Positions 54,091 through 64,000 of a stretch of 64,000 nucleotides of DNA are shown here, piece by piece. The stretch is from Chrysomallon squamiferum (Eukaryota; Animalia; Mollusca): contig CM022677.1 in NCBI GenBank assembly GCA_012295275.1, forward strand, positions 13,826,001 to 13,890,000, in the 5' to 3' direction. Numbering within the stretch: position 1 is the first letter of the stretch; each line of letters opens with the position of its first letter. The position numbers and the translations under genes are program-made. Under the pieces are notes generated by a model that saw only the letters and a list, made by a program, of their open reading frames with translations, had not been told where the DNA came from and searched no databases.

Positions 54091-55390
54091 AACTGTTTTA
54101 ATGCGATTACACCAATTCTGTAGAAAATTCTTCAAACATTAAATAAAAAAAGTAAATCCGTAAAGTCCGACAATCATCCCGCATTTTTCTGCATATACAA
54201 TCCCGCACAAAAAAAAAAAAAAAAAAAAAAAATAAAAACAAAATTAAAATAATGTTCAAAACAAATAAATAAAATAAAGGAACATCACAAACTTTATTAA
54301 AATATATTATTTTATTTATTTATTTATATTTTTTTTATCTTATTATTAGCCAATCGTTGACCGTTAACTTCAAATAAACGGTGTTTTTATTTTTTTTTTC
54401 CCCTACTTTTTCTTTCTTCTTCTTATTTATATTAATAAAATAAAATAAAATAAAATAAACCAAATAAAATCACAAAACTTACAATTCACACTACAAGTTG
54501 CTTATTATTGTGCAGGAATTTACCAATGTTTGATATCCTATTCTAAAATGTATTATACCATTTCTATCAATATCACCATCGTTGCCGTCGTAACGGCGTT
54601 GTTTCTAGCTTTCTAGAGTCCTTCTCATTATTCTTTAGCGGGCGAATCACCTCTTCAAATACATTATTGTGATTTCTAGTAATGTGGCCGTCGTTCCAGT
54701 ATTAACGTCTTGGTTAATATCACACGTCACTGTACAGTATTTCTTTACTTAATACTACTAATATCACGTCACAGTTTTTATTTACTTAATATCGCGTTAC
54801 TGTACATATTTATTTTGCTTAATTTCTGCTACTATTACGTTACGGTTCAGTATTTATTTACTTAATACTGCTACTATCACGTTACTGTACAGTATTTATT
54901 TACTTAATACTGCTAATATCACGTTACTATACAGTGTTTATTTAGTTAACACTGCTAATGTCACGTTACTGTACAGTATTTATTTACATAATACTGCTAA
55001 TATAACGTTACTGTACAGTATTTATTTACTTAATATCACTATTTACTGTACAGTATTTATTTACTTAATACTGCTAATATCACGTTACTATACAGTGTTT
55101 TTATTTAGTTAACACTGCTAATGTCACGTTACTATTTTTTTTACTTAATAATATCATTTTTTCTGCTAATATCAATATTTCAATACAGTATTTATTTACT
55201 TAAGAGGATATTCTTCATATTTCGCAGAAAAAGGTCCGCTACAGAGAGAAATAATGAAAAAGAAAAAGAAAAATAGAAATGAAATAAACTGTAATGATTC
55301 TGGATAAAAACATTTTGTATCAATTAAAACTGACATTTATTCAAACATCTTCATAAAATAAAATAAAAAAAAAAAATGTGGAATAACATA

Positions 55391-56263
55391 CCGTATATAC
55401 TTGTGTACAAGGCGACCTTATGTATAAGTCGATGTGTATTTTAAGACCAAAAATTGCGTCATTACTTGTGTATTTTAGGTATTACTTGTGTATAAGTCGA
55501 CTGTAGATTCCAGGCACCGTCACTATTTTTAGACCAGTGTCACAGTGCCATGAAGGCCTACATTGTACGCCTACTGTAACATAACTTGCACGAGCTGTAA
55601 CTTGCACGTGCAATTCAAAGTAAGATAATTTCGGAACCTCAGCAATATTTTTTTCTATCGAAACTCTGCTACAAGACACGCCCCCGATCCTATTCCTAGC
55701 GCGCTAATTGGCCGAGGCTTCGCGCACTTGGCAACCGACTAGAATAACAAATATGGCGAGAAGTTGAACTGATTTTTGTTGCAGAACGTTTATAGAAATT
55801 TAGTTTGTTTTCGATTAATGACGATTGCAATATTATTTCACCAAATTCTTTACAATTACACAAGTGAGTTTTGTTTATGAAATTAGGACCGATATTTAGT
55901 GCAATTTGGCAGAGAAGTCTGCATTCCTAGATCATTGCAAGACGCCGTAAGGCATAACGCCGTACTGACGGTTTTCTCGCTTTAAAATGTATTTTTATGT
56001 CATTAAACGGAAGAATATCATGTTTTACATTCATATTTGGTTTTGTTATTTAATTTTTCCAAATTGTTTATACGTTAAAATTATATTTTTGAAAAGCTGA
56101 AAGACCGCGATTATTTTAGATGCATCCCGTAGCAAAAAATAGTCAAAATGGCGACTCTTCAGCAACAGCTACAAAAGCATTATCTCCTATGTATAAGTCG
56201 ACTCCCAAAATATTACCTTAATATAGTCTCCCAAAAATTCGACTTATACACAAGTATATACGG
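55391..56263. mobile_element. Non-autonomous Tc1/mariner-superfamily element (Tc2/pogo-like CCGTA ends)
   Basis: TA|ccgtatatacttgtgta ... tacacaagtatatacgg|TA. Repeated tataagtcga subterminal motifs. Absent from the left arm (empty site ~27975-27985). Confidence 0.92.
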
Positions 56264-56298
56264 TAATAAAAAATAGAAATGTCATAAAATGTCTTAAC

Positions 56299-57078
56299 AT
56301 GGCGAGTTTGCATAAACGATTAAGAAGTAGTGACATCTAATTTGTACGTGTTTTGAAGAAGAAACAGAACAACTGCAGACAACACTTCAAAATCTTCATA
56401 ACTTAAGAAGTGCGCCACTTCTAAATGACAGCTGTAATGCACATTTTAATCTTTTTTTTTTTTTTTTTTTTTTTTCTTGAGGAGTGTTTTTGTTTTCTTT
56501 TTTATCTGTATGTTATTTATTCTGGCATAAACAAATTATTAATATAAGAAATCCGTGAACATCTTCCAAGTTACGAAGATTTAAAAGGGGCCGCTGCAGC
56601 TCTGTTTCGACTTCAAGACACGTACAAATTAAATGTGACAAGATTAGCAGACGGTTTTATATATGAACGATATATACAGAGATTATCAGCAGAAGACTGT
56701 TATCAAATAGGTAGCCTTGCATAAAAAATGAAAAATTACAAATATGTTTATGTCTGGATGACGATAAGTCTCGAGAAAGTAAGAACAGAAAAAATTCCGA
56801 ACGTATCTCGGTTAGAACTTCATGACTATGACATACACGGTAGAGAATTAGCGGGACAGATAGAGCAAGTTTTAAATTTGACAAATGAACAGTTAATGTT
56901 AGCTCGTGGACTAGAATGTGCTCCGAACAGAAGAAAAAAGTATTCATGTATATCAAAACTTAGGGAAGAAAAGAGAAAAAAAATGGCAGAGTTAAAGAAA
57001 AACAACTTTCGATGCTCTCTGTCGTGGTGAAGACGTTATTAAATTACGACAGCGACATCGTTTGAAATGTCGCTACCA
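56299..57078 (+). pseudogene. P4HA: Second prolyl 4-hydroxylase alpha pseudogene copy, truncated at the duplication breakpoint
   Basis: HLPSYEDLKGAAAALFRLQDTYKL (~56560-56635) and FDALCRGEDVIKLRQRHRLKCRY (~57007-57076). Frameshifts are present. Confidence 0.85.
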
Positions 57079-58558
57079 ATAATATGATATATTCTTAATT
57101 ACATAATTTGATAAATTTGAATTTTAGATTAATCGTGTAATTTCATTTAGTAATTTCATGTGTCGCGGAATGTCATGTTACTGCGGTCATAAAACAAAAA
57201 GTGCTTAAACTGATTAAAAAGCTAGTTTAGATGTTAGATAAAACTTGCTTTCAACTAATACTGAAGCAAAAGTTGTCATGTTCATGTTCACTTGACTGTA
57301 GTGAGGGTGTGAAATCAGGCAAATACTGTTGTGATGTAAGTTACACGACAACGTTTTAATCCAGTAATACAATGTATAAACTGATTTAATGAGATGCATA
57401 TTGATGTAATTGGTGTGCTGTGGTATCTCATTTTAATGTAATTGAGAGATTAAAAACAAATTCACATGTGATGTGGTAGTTTGGCAATAAAGTTGTGGAC
57501 ACCGTAACTTACGACATATGCAGAGTTCAACTTTTTTTTGTGAAAGCAAACTAATAAAAAATGTTCCTTTATCAATTCAGGTCTTTTGTTTTATGATTTA
57601 CAGTCAGAAATCAAAGAAAAACTAGATAATTTACATTATCCTCATAACAAGAAATCACAGTTGTTTTCACATTAGTGTTTACAATAATCATGTTCCATAA
57701 AAATGAAAAATATTTTCTAGAAATAAAACAACATGCTGTGAAACTGTGCACTGTTTTATTTCAGCATGGTTTTTCTGAGAACAGACCGAGTTCAAGATTA
57801 ATAAACTGTAATGAAAATTATAAACAACATTCACAAAAAAATTCACTGGAAAATTTTGATTACTGTTACGGAAATGTGTTCAAAGTTTTTCTAAAGATGT
57901 TCATTGCATTCGTAACAGTTCATTCAAATGTATCTTAAAACTGCATTAATAATGAAAAAAAACGAAAATGAAAAAATTATATTTATTTTAAAACATAACA
58001 AATAATAATAAAAATAAATAATAATAATAATAATAACAATAACAATAATTAAAAACAATAAGAATAATTAAAAACATCAACAACAACAATAATAATAATG
58101 ATGATCATGGGAAACAGAAACTGATGGCATAAAAAAAAATGTAAAATTATTTAAACATTTTGTGAATGGAGGAGAAAGATGATCAAAGATAAAAAAACAC
58201 ATTTATAAACTGAAATGTGAAAAATGGAGGACAAAAAAAAAACAAAAAAAATAAAAACATATGGCTTTTGCCTGAGACAAAAAATATCTTTTGTTTTATG
58301 ATTTTACAGTCAGTCATTAATCATTCTGCAATAGTAACGCAAAAAAAAAACAATGAGTGCTATCATCCAAATATTGAACTAACAGGCTTTGAGATCAAAT
58401 CCCAGCCACACCTTCTATTCAGAATTAATTATAGAGATGTAAAATTACTACTGTTTAACTCGACTTCTAACATTCTAAAACTATTGTGAGAAAATACCTA
58501 AAACGGTAGAACTGATCACTGGATCAACATTCTCACTTATGTTTAACATAACTGATTA

Positions 58559-60928
58559 CAATTGACTATCACTAATCCGGCATCACCGGGACCTGGAGGG
58601 TGCCGGATTAGCCATTTTGCCGGATTAGCCATTAGGTTAGAATACACCAAACCCATTAGCTAACCACCTCATTTTACAATTAAAATATCCCATAAAACAG
58701 TACAATTTGATTAATAAATAAAAGATAATTATCAAATAAATTCAAGTAAAAAATTTAATGAAATACGGGCACAGTTATACTACAAATTAATTCTGTAGAC
58801 TTACATTAGATCATCACTGCCACTTCCAAAGTGGCATTTACATGTCTTGAGGTGGAGGGTTGTCAAGATTCTCATCATCATCTTCTAAGGTGAGTGAGAT
58901 ATCAGGAACTGATGGTGACGGTGGCAACATACCTGGGTGAGCAGCTGTTGAAGGCAGTTGATGTGCGTATGATGAGGAGATGTCAGGATTACCATCACGG
59001 TGATCAAATGTTGAAAGCACTGAATTTTCAATTGATGTCTTCTCTGTTACACGCTTTGTAGCCAGTTTTAAAAATATATCTGGCAAGATGACCTGTTTCA
59101 TATATTTTGGTCTTTCTTTGATTATTTATCGTGCAGCATGTAAATATTCATTATTTCTTGCTCAGTTATAAAACTGCGCTGCTCTAAACCTTTTAGCAGT
59201 TCACCTGTCAGCTGAATTAACCGATCAGTAGAAACTCTTTCTGCTGCATCATCCTCATTTCCATCACTGCTTTCTCCTTCACTGGCTTGTTGCTCAGGAC
59301 TTACAACCATTCGTACAATTTCTGAGTCCGTATAATGATGAACAACAGATGCACCGTCAGCAACAATCATCCATTCTTCAATGTTATCTTCATCCAGTCT
59401 AGATGCAAGATCCTTCGCAGCAGGATTTGTCAGATCACCAGCAAAAGACACATATCATTTATATGCTGTTTCTCCTTTGAAGACCTAATTTCTATAAAGA
59501 TTTTCATCAGGTGCTGTCTCATATGTTAACCCTGGCCACAATTTGTGCCATCCATGTTTCAGTGTAGCAGGTTCTACAGATTTCCAAGCATTAGCAACAC
59601 AGTAAACCACATTTCTCATATTTATATTAACGAATAAACTCACGTACAGGCTTCCCAGAGTAAATGAGTGCGATACTTCGACTTTAATGAATGTAATATT
59701 CCATTGTCTAGTGATTGAATCAAGGAAGTTAGGTGGAAGATAGATACCGAAAACATTGTTCTTTACCAGGAGTTCTGCTTTTGGCTGAGCGGAGCAGTTA
59801 TCTAAAATAAGCATTATCTTACAGTTACGGTCCAAGCCAACAGAGTCAGAATGAGTTCTTGCTTCGGGGACAAAACAGTTCTGAAACCAATCCAATAACA
59901 GTTCAGTTGTTATCCAACCTTTTTCGTTGGCACGGTAATTTACAGGAATCTGTGTCACGCCTTTGAAAGCTCGAGGACGTAAACTTTTACCGATGACCAG
60001 TAACTTACACCTGCGTGTTCCTGCAGCACTGGAGCAGCCCAGCACAGTAACACGGTCTTTCGATGCTTTATAACCTGTCGGCGATTCTGTATCCTCCGCT
60101 TTCAGTGTTCTTTTGGGTGTACATTTCCAAAAGAGTGCAGCCTCATCTCACTGACCAACTTGGTGAACTCGTCATTTTGTAAACCTGGTCAGGACTTAAA
60201 TTTTCATTCCTTAAAACGTTGCAACCATTCTTCACTGACCAGTCCGAGTTCTTCAACAAATTTGTCGACTCCTTCACTTTCACGCAACTTAAACCACCTC
60301 GTCATTACTTGATCTAGTTCTGCATTTTTACCAGGTTTCATTGTTTTCCTTTTAAACATCTGTTTTTTCGACTCACTGTCAACAAAAATTTAAGTAACTT
60401 TTCTTTCTCTTTCTTTATGTCATAAACTGTCGAAGACCCAACACAATTCACATAAACTTCTCACAGACACGCCACTGTCAAGTTTTTTCTGCTATGGACA
60501 ATGTTCGGTGTTTGCGCTTAACACCACAAGAAGCACTTCTATTATTCATTGAAACCATGATTGGGGCTAAAAATGACCTTCTTACAATAACAAATGTTAA
60601 AAATCAAACCGGAAAAGCTTGCCTGTGTTTACAGCTGGTACCAGTTTGTTGATGATGAAACAGCGCCTCCAGTCGTAGCGGCCAGTCAACTTAAAGAAAA
60701 CATAACTCAGCTTCACTAACCCGAACAAAGCGCACACACTGCACGAGGACAGCATCATACAGCACAAGAATCGATCACAGAATCGATAGTGCCGCGTGAG
60801 TCTTCGCCTAGCATCCCCCTTCGCCTTAGTCAGTTTTAGTGCCGGATTACTGATTGTACCGGATTACTGATTGCCGGATTACTGATTGTACCGGATTACT
60901 GATTGCCGGACTAGTGATGGTCAACCTG
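58559..60928 (-). mobile_element. Near full-length Tigger/pogo (JRKL/TIGD-like) DNA transposon with a disabled transposase
   Basis: TIRs TA|caattgactatcactaatccggca and tgccggactagtgatggtcaacctg|TA. gccggatta subterminal repeats at both ends. Confidence 0.93.
58838..60558 (-). pseudogene. Tigger-type transposase (psq/CENP-B HTH + DDE_1), frameshifted and partly deleted
   Basis: KRKHRTLSI..KLDSGVSV..GSSTVYDIKK..KRKTMKPGKNAELDQVMTRWF, then DRVTVLGCSSAAGTRRCKLLVIGKSLRPRAFK..YRANEKGWIT..LILDNCSAQP..LPPN..AWKSV..WHKLWP. Confidence 0.9.
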
Positions 60929-60930
60929 TA

Positions 60931-61802
60931 TCATAATCGAAGAGATATTTAGGAGAATTTAATGCTGGGTTACGGCTATGACAGAGGTGTCTGTGTCCTA
61001 TGTCGTCTGGAAGATCATCAGACTGGGTATCTGACAATGTTAGAGTAGATGTTACGTGTGGTAGCTCAGTAGTTACTATATCTTTTGAATCCAATAGCTG
61101 TGGACATTTTTCTGAGATGCAATTAGTCACATCTTCAAATATTTAAACAGTATTAAAATATCAATTTATATTACAAACAGATTTCTTAATATGAGAGATA
61201 ATAAGCAGGGCTCGAAATGGCCAGTAGCCAGGTCACCAAATGCGACCAAAGTTCGGTTTAGGCGACTGGGATGTTAGAAATATTTTGGTTCGTCGCCCCC
61301 AAAAATATTATTTGGGTGACCTGTTTTTTTCTAAAAGTTATAACACAAGATAATTATTTTATAATAATTTTATCGAAATATTTATTTCACATAAAACGAT
61401 TGCCCATAGTTCCATAAGTTGGACGTATCGGCTTACATAATTTGCTAACATTTATTTATAAACAGTACTTTAAAGGATTATCGGTTGGTTAACGGAACAA
61501 GTTATCATAGGAGATAACTTTGTAACTAATTGTTTGCTATTGTTTTTCCTTTTCAATTACACCTTTAACTGGCTAAAGTGAAGGCAACGAACAAATTTAG
61601 CGAACTTTTAGATCTTTACGTTAATAATTATCGTTTGGTTAACGGAACAAGTTATCATGGAAGATAACTCTATAACCTTGTATTTGCTATTGTTTTTCGT
61701 TTTCCCACGCTAAACTTTACTCAATCATTTCACGTTGCTTTCCTTTAATTTTTATTTCTTTTGAAAAATCCAAGCGTATAATACTATACATTATTATTAT
61801 TA

Positions 61803-61858
<56 letters not shown>

Positions 61859-63870
61859 ATTCTATTTTTGTCAAGGTTTGTTTGAAAATGTCTTACCAGC
61901 TGATTTGTATAAATAGGACTACATTTTTGTGGCTATTTTAATTAATAAAGAATTTTCGTATTTCATTTTAGATGTTGACAAATTAAGGTAAGCCGATACT
62001 TTCAAATTATCGAACTACGAACAAACATTTTATGTGATAAAATATTTGCTACAAAATTATTAATAGTGGCTCTTGTGTTATAACTTATAAAAAAAAAGAG
62101 ATGATCCAAAAAATACTTTTTAGGCGACTAAACCATAATATTTGTTTTTTTAAATTTCGAGCCTTGTGCTTACTGACATAACGAGCATAATCATCAGCTT
62201 GAAAGACATTTGTCTCAAGTTGAAAATGTCAGTTCTGCTGGGAGTTCTTCAAAGCACTCCAATGAACAAAGCAGAGAGAACTTGAATGGGTTTTTTCATT
62301 AGTATTTTTCCTATTTATGCAGCAGATAATTTGTAATTTCTCCTTCATTTGTATAGAGGACATTTGGGTGGGTGTGTTTGGGGGGGGTACTGGTGTCAGC
62401 TTATATATTTTATTGTTTGTTTACAGCATTAGTCAGAACAAACTCACAGCTTTACTGAAGCACTGCAGACTGAATGGAGAGAAAAGAAATCTGGCAGAAA
62501 AAAATGTGAAGACAGAGAAAGGATAGTTCAATTTCTGCAACATTTTCCTCAAGATTAATTTTGTCTGAATCAGTCACAGGATTCAAAGGGAGTGATTTGA
62601 AAATACTGTCTGCATGTGAGACTAAATCTTCACTTTGGAGGGAGTATCAACAGACTGCTGTTGCACAGGGTAATAATTCATTTGAATAATGTGTAATTTT
62701 TCTAACAGATTAAGTGATATTTACTGGAATCTGTTCTGAAACATATTTAAAGGAGTAAATATAATTTTAAGGCTATTGTATTAATTCTTTGATTAATTGA
62801 TTATATATTGCAGTATGTTTTTGTTTGTTATTTTAAATTATGTTTTCATTTTTAAGAAAAAGCTGTCTTGTTCAGTTTAACATTCCAAACAGCCCACTCC
62901 AGCCAGAACCAGTTTACTTCCTTGTGTCAAGACAATGTGGAATTTTTAAAATATCTTCTATAAGCCAATCTATCAGCTGGTGAGTCAGTTAATCTGTTAA
63001 TTAAATAATTTATTTATTTGTTTTGTGTTGATGTATTTGCTTTTTGTTTTGTTTGTTATTGTGTATGCTATTTATTTGTTTATTTTGTGTTTGAATTTGA
63101 TTGTGTTTAGATTGGTGGAGTAGCTGATTCTGAGTCTGGTAATGTTGTTGTTATGTAGTTCTTAGTGAAATGATTTTGAGTTTTGATGATGAAAGGTGTA
63201 ACTAATGTTTACTTTATTTCTTTACTATTTGCTGGTTGCAACATTCACCCACTCCAGTCTACATCTCAATATGGCTGACTGTTGTTTAAAAACTAGATTA
63301 TAGTGAAAGGTGAGTTTTAAAACTAGATTGTAGAAAGGTTTTTTAAAGGGTTGTTCAGGGCCTAGATCCTTCATGAGATGTTTGCTACTGAGAATGGATT
63401 TTAACACAGTATTTTAACACAGTATTTTAGTATCTGTAAGTTTTTGTCTGTATTTCAAGTGTTGTATGTTTTATTCTAACACGAGACTGTCAGGCAGTGT
63501 GATGCTTGGTAAAACTTTTTACAAGATGTGATTATCTTCTGTATGTGGCGTCTGAAGTTGGCTGTCGAATGTGACCATATTAAAGTCTTTTTCCAAAATC
63601 TGTGAAAACTGTAATCACTTTTCATTCATTTACTGAATGTTTGTTTATGGAATTTAGTAAATTGTTGTTCATGCAGTGTTTTGTTCTAAAGCTGTTTTGT
63701 TAGTTACTTATTAAATTGTTGTTGTTTAAGTTTTGTGTTTACAGTGTGTCAGGGTTTTACATGTGTGATATTAGTGTAACTGGTCTGCAGTTGATTGGTA
63801 GTGAATGGTCTTTGTAAGGTTTAGGTTGACTAAAACATTCTGCAAGTTTCCAGCCTGTTGGTATCTTACC
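60931..63870 (-). pseudogene. Exon-like remnants of a large Ser/Thr/Asn/Gln-rich gene entering from the right edge, interrupted by two transposons
   Basis: Blocks ~60931-61135 (VTNCISEKCPQLLDSKDIVTTELPHVTSTLTLSDTQSDD), ~62173-62300 (donor gtaagc), ~62440-62735 and ~63100-63870. Stops and frameshifts are present, and I recognise no domain. Confidence 0.35.
61206..62166. mobile_element. Non-autonomous TIR element (hAT-like CAGGG ends) with long internal inverted repeats
   Basis: cagggctcgaaat ... atttcgagccttg with ggcgac subterminal motifs. Inner inverted pair aagttataacacaaga...cacataaaa...gtatcggcttac / gtaagccgatac...ttttatgtg...tcttgtgttataactt. No clear TSD. Confidence 0.75.
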
Positions 63871-64000
63871 TGTTGACCAAATTACATTAAAAAGATCAAG
63901 TATTATTACTAATTAACTTGTACCTTAACTTGTGTTCTGTTTATTTGTCTAGTGGATAGACAGACTTATTGATTTATGTAGATTGCTGTCAATTTAGTGT

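Larger units (their letters stand above)
46573..57078 (-). repeat. Right arm of the inverted segmental duplication
   Basis: Reverse complement of 27173-36888, plus a MITE (55391-56263) and an extra ~0.7-kb segment (~50865-51573). Confidence 0.95.

Noticed and set aside
59485-60045. Functional TIGD/JRKL host gene
   Set aside because: Frameshifts, internal deletions and intact flanking TIRs with TA TSD indicate a dead transposon copy.

Overview
AT-rich, microsatellite-dense animal (invertebrate-like) genomic DNA with a 200-N scaffold gap at 36889-37088. I found no intact protein-coding gene, RNA gene or CRISPR array. The window is a mosaic of duplicated, decayed gene pieces and transposons. 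(1) Two oppositely oriented copies of a spliced RI-type LRR gene (minus ~45-2075; plus ~22.9-26.65 kb). In both, one LRR exon has expanded into the same 64-bp minisatellite (~14 vs 7 units). (2) A decayed RNase H-containing LINE (~2076-6300) sits at the junction between the LRR copy and a different multi-exon minus-strand pseudogene (~6.6-15.4 kb). (3) A ~10-kb inverted duplication (27173-36888 vs 46573-57078) carries an intronless prolyl 4-hydroxylase alpha pseudogene and a chimeric spliced pseudogene. Its arms differ by a MITE, a ~0.7-kb indel and minisatellite copy number. (4) A near-complete Tigger/pogo element, an internally deleted Buster/Charlie hAT, several TA-flanked MITEs with their empty sites nearby, and a foldback-like element whose subterminal repeats have amplified into a 68/111-bp satellite. 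All alignments were made by eye, so boundaries are approximate. I see no clear evidence of a new functional system. The best leads are the LRR-exon minisatellite and the exon-shuffling mosaic.
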